NCBI RefSeq assembly: GCF_000181795.1
Contig: NW_003526945.1
Span: forward strand, 2,067,848 to 2,131,847
From: Trichinella spiralis
Lineage: Eukaryota
DNA length: 64,000 nucleotides
Reading direction: 5' to 3'
Shown here piece by piece: positions 52,192-64,000 of the stretch. The first letter of the stretch is position 1; each line of letters begins with the position of its first letter. The notes under the pieces were generated by a model, which did no database searches, was not told the origin of the DNA, and saw nothing but the letters and a program-made list of their open reading frames with translations. Made by a program: the position numbers and the translations under genes.

Positions 52192-54030
52192 TCAAGCTCT
52201 GGTCAACAGCACACTTTGACGAACAAATTCGCTTGTACAAAGGCAAAAATTAGCAAAAGAACAAACCTAAATTAAAACAAAAATATAATTCAAACATTTG
52301 GAATAAAAAACAATTTGTTTTTTTTAATTTCACATATTGCACATTATTTTTTTTCAAACATCAATTTCTGTAAGGGAGCATGTTCTTACTGTAGCAATAA
52401 TCCATTGCGTATAAAATCGGTCTTCGGCATTGTGAAAATGTTTTTCATCGTAAGCGTACCAACTCATAATGGTCCCACTGATCAAATAAGCTAATCCGGC
52501 TATTCCATGGTAAATTATTGTCTAAATTGAATGAAAAAGAAAAAAAAAGTTTTCTTCTGCCTATAAAATTAATTAGCAAACTTGTTGTTCGAAGTATGCA
52601 AAAAAGGTAACATGGAATAAATTGATGCTCATTCTCCTCCTCCTCCTCCTCCTCTTTGTTCTTGTTCAGCGCACAGAAACGATAATTTGAAATGAAATAA
52701 AGTTTTGGCTTACTAGTCGATCAGGTGAAATTTGAAAATATCGATCAATTCGCAATATGAGAACGAATGCTAACAGAATATTTCCAATCATCGATGCGAC
52801 AACGGCAGTGGCGGCGAATATTTGTCCCGAAAATTCGGGGCACGTCAACGGCCAATTGCATACTTTATTCACAAATAAAGCATCGATATCGTCGTCATCA
52901 AATCCATCATCCTCATCATAGTTCAAGTCAACAGTCTTCACTTTTTGGGCAACATTATAACAATGGGGAATTATCAACGATGCTACCAGTATCAAAGCGA
53001 TCACCTATGAAAAAGAACAAAATTAAGAACAGCTAATTGTGTATTTCAATTTATTGAACTTCTTTTCATCATTATTGTTTGATATTTTCATTTTCCATAA
53101 ATAATCCATCAAAGATGTCAAATTTTATTACTATTATTATTGTTGTTGTTACAATTTGCGTTTTTGTCAAATGGAAATTAGCGCAATTCATCATATTATG
53201 CTGCTTTGAATATTGCAAACAGTTGATCAAAAAACGATTGTTCAGATAAGAGTACTGTATTGAAAGAAAACAATTATTACAAAATGACGGGGAAAAAATA
53301 ATAATAATAAACAAGTGACGTTCGATGATGTCGACTTTTGATTTGAATGTGTCAGAAATAAAAGAGAAACGAACAGAGAATGGAAATGATGTGGCGAGAG
53401 AAATAATTCGTTGAGCTCAAAAGATGCAAAAAACAGGGCTGACGTAGGATAGTAAATTATTCAATTTGAAATAGTATTATCAATTTAAATAAAATGAAAA
53501 ATTCAATTTATTGATGGAATATATTGAAAATTATTCACTTATTCAATCGATCAACTGTTATATTTATATATTTATTTTTTTGAATGAACTTGCATTCGTT
53601 TGAATTTCTAGTTATTTAGATCAAAAGAAAAACAAACATCATCGAAAGTACTTGCGAATCAAATGCAAAAAAACGACTAAGCATCTTTTTGTCACTTTAA
53701 GAATCACAGTTTACATTTCAGTACATGAAGTGTCTTTTTTTCATTTAGTACTTGAACAAATGTAAATATATTTTTATTAAAAAAAAGAATAAATAATACG
53801 CTAGCTTCATGGATATTAAAATGAATTTTAATAATATGAAATTTAATATTTCATAATTTGATTTGACACAAAATCCAACAACTCACCAATTGAACCGTCA
53901 ACATTGCACATCCAACGCTGGTCAACCATCGCTTGTCAATTTTGTTGGACAAACGTTTGAGAGAATATTTGAAATTCTGGGGAAATTTTCTCTGCGATTT
54001 CGTTTCCGAATTTTCCGCATTTCCACTCAT
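52192..54030 (-). CDS. Four-transmembrane MARVEL-domain protein (MAL/plasmolipin/CMTM-like), 4 exons (approx. 54030-53887, 53004-52714, 52521-52390, 52266-52192)
   Basis: The spliced frame gives four hydrophobic helices: AMLTVQLVIALILVASLII, IFAATAVVASMIGNILLAFVLIL, IIYHGIAGLAYLISGTIMSWY (MARVEL-like YH..A...YL) and WIIATVCSFANFCLC. Confidence 0.7.
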
Positions 54031-56270
54031 CTGGTGAAATATGAAATCAAAATTAAACAATAATAATAATAATAAATTTACAAATGAAAGTTACGTTTTT
54101 CTTTTCAAATAATCGCGACATTTGGGCTTGTTGAGAAATTAAATTGCGATCATTTGTATTATTTATAAATTTGGAACGTTTTCTCAAGTAGATGAAATCA
54201 AATATATATTCAAAGTTGAAATTTTGAAAATTGAACAGTACAACAACAACATCAGCAGCACAATAGATGCAACAGAAAAATATACAGTCGATGCAAACGT
54301 GAACAAAATTAGCTGATTGGAAAATTGTTTAGTTAAGGCTCTGCGTTGATTAGCTGAGCAAATTTGGTTATTGTCTTGCTTTGACACGTCTGCAGAGTAC
54401 AGACTAAACAGTATCAGGAAGGGGTGGTGGCAGGATAATGGAGGATTATGCAGATTTTTTGAAGTGCGAAAAAGCGAGCATGAAAGCGCTTGATCGAGCT
54501 GTTTCGGGGCAGTACGACGAGAAAGTAGAAGCGGAATATTGAAGCGGGAGTGTCAAGCTGACGCAGAAATTATTGTAGATGTCAGAAGTGTCCAGGTTGG
54601 AGCTGGTTTTGACGGGCGTTTCCCATTTTTGCTGTCACTGAAAACACATCCTGGCCGAATGTTGTTTCACGGCAGCTGAATTTGGAAACGCTCGTTCTGC
54701 TGTTCAAAATTTCCCACGAGAAAATTTCTCTATTCGCGCTTGGACAAAGCGGCCAACAAACATACACACAAAATGGAAATCCGACAAAGTCTGCCCCCCT
54801 CCCTTCTTCCACTTCCCCATTCTAAAGCTAGCTAGCTTAAACAAAAAGCACCGAAGAATTGATGCGCTCAACTGAGGCACTTTTCTCTCTTACGCAACTT
54901 TCAATCTCGCCTGGCGACTAATATCAATTGGAAACTTAATTTCCCAATTATTTATCGTAATGGTTTAATAAAAACAACAATTCATCATTTTAAAATTATC
55001 CATTCAACGCAGGCATGCTAATTTTTTCCACTACTCAACTAGAATTCACATCTGGAGATTCACATCATGCACGCTTGTTGCTCGTAAAGTTATACTTGCA
55101 ATTATTCTAAATACATATGCATGTATAATAAAAAAATAAAATACAATTGCAAACAAACATTCTTTGCAAAAAATTTTATGAATAATAATTCAAAATCCAA
55201 TGATTCTGCTAGTCAATAAAGTGAACAAAAAGAAGCAATACATTATGCAATCAAATGCATTCATTCAACAGTAAATTATTTATTAATTTCATTAATAATT
55301 ATAACAAATTATTTTCCACTATAGCATAAAGTTTTCAAATATTAAAAAGAAAAAGGAAAAAATTCCTTTTTCAACGATAAATAAGCGAACGCGCAAAGCG
55401 AAATACGACGCCACTCGTGTTCCAAACAAATTGCTATTTATACCCTGTTTTTTGTTTATTTTTAGCTTATCATCGCAAAATAGGACACGTCAAATTTTAT
55501 TTGAAAAATTTGCATAAATTACAATTGCCAATGATGAAGAGATGAAAAAAAAACATATACAACAACGAAAGCATACCGAAAGTAAAAACAGCAATTTTCA
55601 TCATTTATTGCAACACGTACAGATTTTGTATTTGTAAATTTAAATTTACAACTGCTATTGAAATTTTATAAAAACCACAATTTGATTTGGACTTTTGCCA
55701 CAACGCAAAATTGAGCAAACAGAATGTGAATATTGTTCACGAAAAGTCGAATTGTGAAATGCATCGTCGTGCGTGGCGATACAACATCAACTGCACACAG
55801 TAAATATAATAAATAATTTCATTCACGTGTCTGTGAATGATATATTAAAATTACTCTTCTGCAGTTGATCAAAAAAGAAAATAACAATAAACAAAATAGC
55901 AAGCTTCAAAAATAGCGCTTTTGATCCACCTATCGTCGTCCATGCTATAATGGCAGGCAACGTTGTTGATAAAGTGATGACGGATGATGATATTTGAAAA
56001 TGGAAATTTTCATCGACGTTCAATTTGCTGAACACTACTCCATCATTGCTGCAACATCAATTTTGCTAACATGTTCGAACGGTGAACAATTTTAAAAAAA
56101 ATATTTTTTTTCAACTGATATGCAATGCAAAAATAATTTTCCATTTTTAATAAGAAAAAATAATTCAAGATCGAATACTGTATAGAACAAATTGATTATG
56201 CAAATTTTCCACATCTTGTTGTTAATACTCTTAAATAATATATCGATTGTTGAATGTGTGTAGCTTGGTA

Positions 56271-58898
56271 TTATTTATCGTCTATGATAGTGAGTAGCGT
56301 TTCAAGTCTGTGCAACACTGACGTACCAGCCATACTATTCAGATCTATTGGCACGTAAGCATCCGGCGTACAGTTGTGCCAATTGTCCCAGGACGGATTT
56401 TCACCGTCGATTTTTAGTAAAAATACTTGCACTTGGTCCGAATCGAGTGGATACAAAATGCGCAGAAGGCTGTAATAAAATTTAAACCTGATCTTTGTTC
56501 AAAATTATTCAATCATCATTCATACTAAGTAGCACAAGGACTGACGATGGTTATTGTCGGCGTCACGGAACCGTTGCTGTCCATTATACACAGGGAAGAG
56601 GTAATCGTCTGCCAATCCAGCGGTCGAATGACCATACCAATAGTGCTGATAAAATATTGTCGACACTGCGAAATAAATGGTAATTTCAAAAAAAAGTCAA
56701 TTTCATTGATAAATTGTAAATTTCAAAATTCACCTTCATCTTTACATATGTAATCAACTCGTCCACGCAACCTACCATCTTCACCGTGCTGCAATCTTTC
56801 GATGTAATCACAATTCTATTGAACGACACTTCGATCATAATTGTAAACCTGCGATTTCAAAATTGAATAATAATAATTATTATTATTAAATAGAAATTTT
56901 TGTCAAACCTCCCGCAATATTCATAAAATGGTATAACTAAACTCAAGCGTGCAATCGTGTTATAACGACAACAATCATAACACCAATACACAGTCATGAC
57001 TGGATCTTTCTGAGCTGATGACAACTGATCCAATGCCTTCTTCATCCTGAAATGCAATTTTTTATTTAACAGCAAAAATTCAACGCTTCACAACTTCACT
57101 AACTCTGTAATCAATATGTAATGTCGAGCATCATCCAAAATACTGTGCAAGATAAATGATGGCTGACATTCTTCCAAGTGTTCAATCTGTTCTTGGCTTT
57201 TCATCTCAACACCGGCCAACGGTGCCGGGTGTGTCTGAATAATCAACGGCGCAGTGATCGGCTTGGTGCTGACAAAATTGCCCACCATGTCTATCAGGTA
57301 CATGTATCGGCTGCATACGCGCTGCTTGAGTGCAAAAATGCACTGCAGTTTCGTTTCGGCTATTAAACGTTTCGTGCGTTTGTCTTTAGGCATGTTCTTC
57401 CTAGCTTCTTCGAGCTCTTCCCTTGAAAATAACGAAACAAGCACAGCATTCCTGCTGTCCAATCTTATTATGAGGAAATCTCTGTAAATGAACGACGTGT
57501 TATCATGGAACACAATCGCTTCTTTGGAAATCTGCAACAAAAAATTCAGACCGAAAAAAACTGCTTGTGCTTGATTTGCATAAAATTGACGAATACCAAT
57601 AAAAACAAATCTCGAAACAGCATTGATGACTGAGCCACTTCTAACCTGTCCTTCCAGGTGACGATCGGCTTGGCTGTCAATTCCAACGTTGTTGAATTCG
57701 AAACGACCTGACGCATATACGGAACCAACTTGAGGAAATGCTTGCCAGTTATTAAATGTATCCTCAACTGTCGATTTTCTTTCAAATCGTCTGGCAATAG
57801 AATTTTCAACGTCGACGTCTCCATTGAAGGATGCTTTTCCAGATTCAAACAATTTTCCTTGCGAATTATTTCAAATGTCGACTGAGGAGGAAACTTTGGC
57901 AAACCTGCACCCGGATTCGAGCACACAAACAAAAAGAAGCAGATGCAGACAAGAAACCATACATAAACAAACAAACATACAGTGACCTAAAGATAAATCG
58001 CCGAGAATTGAATTTTTCGACTTTCTCAAACGCCAATATTTTCTCATTTCAGCCATCTCGCGCAAATAAGTCGACTCTTCATCCGGCTGCATCGCCTGTT
58101 GGATCGACCCTATTCCGCTCAGCTTTACCTTCTGTTTTCCCACAAAATCCAGCAAAACATTACTTGTAATTGACAACGCCTGTCCAAAAGACAAATAATT
58201 CATTTCGAAAAATAATACGCATAAATTTCAAATTACCTTTCTTTTGGCAAACAGTGCGTACGCATCACCACTTTTAAACATTGGTTTGCTGTCGTCTGAC
58301 ATCTCATGCATTGCTGCGTCGAAGGCCATGTATCGACCAGTCATTGTAACTTTTATCAAATCCATCAAAACAACCATCTCTGTAAGCGCAGAACTAAAAT
58401 AATTCAAATTTCAATCGTCATAATTTTTTAACAAAAAAACAGGAAAAAATGATCAGAAAATACAAATATAACAGTTATTACAGTAGAACGCAGAATTGTG
58501 AAATGTAAAATAAACCATCAAAATCGAAACTGAATTATTGATGAAGATAAACAGAAAATGCATACTGCAATGATCTCGCAACGTTCTCCCAAGCAGCACG
58601 GCCTGAAGTTGGATCATCCGCTTTTGCCGTTCTACTTATAGTTGACAAATTTCTACTGCTTTTTCCAACCAGTTTCGACCATCGAACATTATGCGCTAAC
58701 TCAGCCACGTGATCATTGTAATGCAACGGTCTATAATATAAATTTCTATACACCAATCACATAATAAAATAATAAAACATACTGCAAGTATCTTTCGACA
58801 CCACTGAATGATATATCGAACACTTTCCATTCACGTAAAGGCTCAACAGCAACCAACAGTTTCTGCTCTTCTTCATCATCGGCATCTCCAGAATTCAT
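56271..58898 (-). CDS. MED17: Mediator of RNA polymerase II transcription subunit 17, multi-exon
   Basis: VAVEPLREWKVFDISFSGVERYL, WENVARSLQSALTEMVVLMDLI, EMRKYWRLRKSKNSILGDLS, FPPQSTFEIIRK and WKDRLEVAQ..LFRDLF..ISKEA follow the conserved blocks of metazoan MED17. Confidence 0.88.
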
Positions 58899-59799
58899 AC
58901 TTCACTAACTAAGAAATTATTTATAACGAAAAAAAACAAATTCTCGTTGTTTAAATAAAAACGGTACTCTTCGAAAGCAAAATGTATAATATAAATATAA
59001 ACATAGTTCAAATAAACATTTTAAAAAACATATTTAAAGAAACCTGACTGTAAAAAAATTAAAATTAAAATTACTGCCAATTTGACAATACAAATTAAAT
59101 TACAAAATAAAATTACATGACAAATACAATAAGAATAATCAAGATCAAGTTGATGAAAAATTTTTTAATACAATTTCGCACTATACATTGTTTATAAACG
59201 GTAAAATTATAATCTGTTACGATAATAAAGCCATTCGTTCTTGTAAATTATAACTGATTACGAATTTAATTATCGGGATTACAAAAGGCTGATAGACTGT
59301 ATTATGTGAACCTTTGTATCACTTTATTTCATAACTTATCTGCTTAATAATTGATAATTTATATAATATTATTTTACATTTCAGCATAAATTAATTAATT
59401 CATGATAAGTATAAACGCAAAGATTAATCTTAGCGCAGAAAATAAAAATATAAAAGTAGAAAATTGAAGAAATGAACTGAAAGTCATAAAGCAAAATAAA
59501 TATAAAAACTTAAATATTTTAACATGAAATTATTTTTATTGTAAAATTACAAACAAAGGACATCTCACCATGGCACAGTTTGTACAGTTAAAAATTCTAC
59601 AATACCAATTCACTGTTCACTTCATAAATCATAAATATTAATTTTAAATAAAATTACTGCAACAATTTTAAAATTAAATATATCAAGGATAATTTTATTT
59701 ATTTAAAAATTTTTAAACTGCAATTACTTAAACGAAAACACCGGTATACTGTATTTTTGTAACAAATAAGTTTCTTATAATCAAGATGAAAGCATCTTT

Positions 59800-59870
59800 T
59801 ATTTTATTGGTTGGTTCATGAGATGGCGTCATTACTAGCCAATCAGATTTCGAATTAGGGAATTGGCGAC
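59800..59870 (+). promoter_or_regulatory. CCAAT-box cluster upstream of ANP32, in the divergent MED17/ANP32 interval
   Basis: ATTGG at 59806, AGCCAATCAG at 59837-59846, ATTGG at 59862 and a YY1-like AGATGGCG at 59821, within a local GC-richer island. Confidence 0.45.
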
Positions 59871-59964
59871 GTGCCATCCTCTTTAGCCTTGCTCTCTGTC
59901 ATTTTGAATTTTGGTTTCGTGCGAGCTGGTCGAATTTGCAATTTCATTTGCAGATCTCTAGAAA

Positions 59965-61266
59965 ATGGAAAAATCGAAAACAAGTCAGGCTTTGGAATTG
60001 GCGATGAAAGGTCGTGAACCTGAGCAGGTAACTTGCATGCTGGCGATGAAAGCTAATGTTTATTTTAATTCATGTTTTTGTGACGAATGTTCTAAATATT
60101 TTCACTTTTCCACAGCTATTTTATTTATAACTGTTGTGTAGTATACCTGTCTGCGTTGATTTATTTAGACGGTGGCTTTGTGTTTGGATAATTGTCGTAA
60201 TCCAGACATTGAGCAGTTGAGTGAGCGATTTGTTAATTTGGAAGAACTGAGTTTGGTTAATGTAGGTCTTCAGTCTTTGAAAAAATTTCCGAAGTTAGAA
60301 TCTTTGAAAAAGGTTTGTTCATATTTTTCTTTCATTTAATCAATCGTGATTAATATATTTGAGCAATTTTTAATATTTAGCTTGATTTGAGTGACAATTT
60401 TATTGCGAATGGTTTGGAAAATTTGTTAAATTGCCCAAACCTGAAGCATATTCAATTAAATGGAAACAAGATCAATGATTTCCAGCAGTTGGAATGCTTG
60501 GTAAGCACGGTGAATGTTTGCGAAATCATTTTATTTGAAAAAAAGTTATTTTAGAAAGAGTTGAAAAATCTGACGCACTTAGATTTGTTCAACTGTGGTG
60601 TTACCGACGAGGAAGGTTATCGACAAAGGATTTTTGCGATGATTCCTCAGTTGAAGTACGTGGATGGAGTAGACGCAAATGATGAATATGAGGATTCAGA
60701 CGCAGAATATGATGTTGAAGGTAGAAATATATTTAACCACGATTTGTGTTATTTCTTCATTGCTATATTTAGATGAAGAAGAGGAAGATGCAGAAGATGA
60801 AGATCAGGAAGGTGAGCATTTTGGTACTTTTGTTTAAAAGCATTTAATTGCTTCTATTTACAGACGAAGAACGTGGAAGTGATGATGACGAAGAGGAGGA
60901 GGAGGAAGAAGATGAAGAAGAAGAAGAAGAGGATGAAGAAGCTGAAGTTGAGGCGGAGGACAGTGATGGCGAGGAAATTGAGAATGAAGAAGAGGGTGAA
61001 GGCGAAAGCCAGGTAACTTTACAAAATTTATTGGGCTAATATATAGATTAGAGCGTGACTTTGAAATTTCATTGTTGTTTCTTTATTAGGAAGAAGACGA
61101 AGAAGATATTAATAATGACGGAATAGACGAAGAAGATGAAGATGAAGTAGTGCCAGAAGGTTTGAGAACCGTTTTCGATTTGTGCTAGATTAATGTATAT
61201 AATTTTGCATATTTTTCTTTAGTTCGTGGCAAAAAACGTAAACACGAAGATGACGACGTCTATTGA
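59965..61266 (+). CDS. ANP32: Acidic leucine-rich nuclear phosphoprotein 32 family member (LRR + LRRcap + acidic tail + NLS), about 8 exons
   Basis: LCLDNCR, LEELSLVNVGLQSLKKFPKL, LDLSDNFI, CPNLKHIQLNGNKI, LTHLDLFNCGVT...YRQRIF..IPQLKYVDG, a long D/E tail and terminal RGKKRKHEDDDVY*. Confidence 0.96.
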
Positions 61267-64000
61267 GCCGCAAAATGTTATTACAAGACAATTTTACAGT
61301 TAAAAAAATACTTGGATTAAAAATAATCTCATTTAATTCTGAAATTATGCGGCATATATAGTTTTAGAGAGACAATAAAGTGTATAAAAACGTCAATGTT
61401 TTTACTGTCGATGCATTAGTAAATATAAAATGAGTTGAACTGCATATGCAAGTTCGTAAATGTATAAAAATATATTTAAAGACTTTCCGAAAATGGTGCA
61501 ATGTTTTTACTAGAAAGTAAATTGAATAATTATTGATTTACGCAGTCTTAAATGTTTTAGTTAAAAATGTAGATTGTGTTGAACAATTACAGAATTGGGT
61601 CGCTTGCAATTTTCAATGTTTTGAACGGATGTATGTAATTTTTAATTCAAATTTTAATTTATAAAAATGTTAGGGCCAATTTTAAAGATATAACTATATT
61701 TTTAATTACATTTAGAGCTGTTCCTTATAATTTAAATAGTTAAAGATTTTCAGGTTGTAAGTAATTTTAATGCAATATATGATAAATATTAACGAAAATA
61801 ATATAATTAATATTAATGCATATTTTTAAATATGATATTCATTCAATTAATATAATAATCTACTTGAACATGCCACGATACAAAACTGGGTCACGTGTCC
61901 ATTAAAAGTTACGTATGTAACGCCATCAAGAAATAAAAATAAAAAATAGAATTTTTGATTAAAATAATTAATTTTATTTTTTAAATATTTTTTTGTTATA
62001 TTTGGGTTAAACTTTTCTTCTTCGACATACACACATCGAATAGCTTAATTTATCTTTTTGTTCTCAAGCATACTGTAATGTTTATATGTTACTTTTTGTG
62101 ATTTTTCTCTTTCTCAAGTGCTTTTGGTGTAATTACAAATTTGAAAGATCATTGAATATAAAATTAGAAAATCGAAAAATGCAACATCATTAAACATTAT
62201 ATAAAATAACACTTGTAAAAGTTGCGTAATTTCAAAATCACAGAATAATTTTAAAATTCAACAATTTTTATCTTTATCATAGCAGATTGTAACTTTTTTT
62301 ATCTGTGCTGCAATATTCGATTTGTCTTTATGATATATGAAGTGTCTAAGTGAAATTGCGCTCTGTTAGCTTCAACATTATCATATAAGCAGGATGAATA
62401 AGTAATTACTTGATTGTAGTGAATTAAAATAAAAAAAGTTGATCTGCTTATTTATTTTGAAAACAATGTTGAAACGTCATTTTTTCATTTAGCATTCCTA
62501 AAATGTTGCTTCTTTTAAACAGCCGAGTAAACTGCACATGTTAACAGTTGTCAGTTTGTTGGACAACGATCTCATTTAAGCATTATAGGTCATTGAGGGA
62601 TTAACACAAAAATGTTGAAACCATACACTGACCTGTCTGTGTAAAGCTTTATTGTCATCATTTTGATTAAGGAGAACTACTGGTGTTAGTCTTCGAACAA
62701 TTGTATCACCGTTTCAAACTTATCAAATCACTTATCAAAGCGTTGCTATAGTTATGGAAAATTATGTAAATGCAAATGTCCCTTTTTTCATTATGTTTAA
62801 AAATTCAGGAATTTCCAAAAAAATTCAAATTTCAAACTGTCTTTGAAAATTTGCATTTTGCTTAACGGAAACGAAGAGCATCAGAGAAAAATTTAATCAT
62901 ATTCATTCATTAATTTCAAGCATCCCTGGTCAATTTTTTAAAAAATAACTCATTCCGTTTATTACAATCGACATATTCTTCAATATGTTTCTTCTTTTTA
63001 TTTTGTTTTTGCATTCAAGTTTAATTTTAGAAATATGAAATTGTTGAGTAGTGAAAATATTTTTCTAGAAACAAACTTTTCCCAGCTGATGATAATTAAT
63101 GAACGTTTGATGAATATCAGATTATTTATTTAACACCATCTTTATTCTCTAGTTTCATATAAAAATAATTTTGCTTCTGAAAATTTTGGGCAGAACAGTT
63201 TGAAAATATGCATCATTGATTACATTTTATTGAACAATTTGTTAGCAAACAAATGCTGCCGCGTGAAATTAGGTCAAGCGGTCCGTAGCGTGTACAATGT
63301 TATCAGAATGTGGAGAGATTATGTTACTATTCTGCTTATCAGTATGAAAACATGTAATAGTCTAATTAAAAGGTATAAGTCTTTAATAAGCAAGAGCCTA
63401 TGAATAAGTTTTCACTGTTTAACTTACGTTCTGCTTTGGAAATAAAATGTGAAAGCTATCAATGCTGTCAATTACATAAATAATAATAGTGAGATTGAAA
63501 AGGTTGTGGACAAGCATGTGTACGGTATGAGTTTTTTTTTATAATCTGGCTATGATCACTTTAAATATTCTGTTCAATATTTAATATGTCGCGGGTTGAT
63601 TCAGAATTAATCACCTTAATAAATAATGCTAATTTAAAACAAACGAAACTCGGCTAATGTTTTGTACAATATTTGTTCAATAGTGCAGACGTGGAAAAAG
63701 GCGAGTGCCGTTGAAATTGGAATTAAAAAATTTTTCCTTTGATTGATGTAATTAACGGACGGAGAAAAAAAGTAATGATCAACGGCAGAAATTAGCATTT
63801 GAATTTTGCCGCTTATAAATTTTTCATGTCCGCTTCGCTTGAATTCGAAGCCCATTAGTTGGACAGAAAATCTCAACGTTGATCTTATCTAATCAATTTG
63901 TCATAACATGCATTGTGAACATTCAAACGATTCCAATCGCTAGTAAAACAAACACTATAAACAATAGAAATAAAAACTATGCATAATTTAAATTTATTAT

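Noticed and set aside
57546..57852. Overlapping minus-strand ORFs suggesting a frameshift or dual coding in MED17
   Set aside because: Explained by a normal GT-AG intron (~57594-57532) that switches frame.

Overview
AT-rich eukaryotic draft-assembly sequence with six N-gaps and many short (about 50-100 nt) spliceosomal introns. The gene content and style fit a basal (clade I) nematode such as Trichinella, which is an inference only. Bases 1-18 kb are repeat and transposon territory: an element with long terminal inverted repeats, a degenerate foldback, a hAT transposase remnant and a tandem array with a 1287-bp unit. Bases 18-61 kb are a compact gene block: a canonical beta-catenin (-), an intronless cytoplasmic aspartyl-tRNA synthetase (-), a divergent tail-less class I HDAC (+), DNA2 nuclease-helicase (+), centromeric histone CenH3/CENP-A (-), MRPL43 (+), an orphan single-C2H2 gene (+), P5CS/ALDH18A1 (-) with two GC-AG introns, a MARVEL-domain protein (-), MED17 (-) and ANP32 (+). 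I found no rRNA, tRNA or CRISPR arrays. I cannot support a wholly new multi-gene system here. The best leads are the Myb-site cluster upstream of CenH3, the altered beta-catenin degron spacing, the intronless AspRS, the divergent HDAC and the unclassified inverted-repeat element. Exon boundaries were read by eye.
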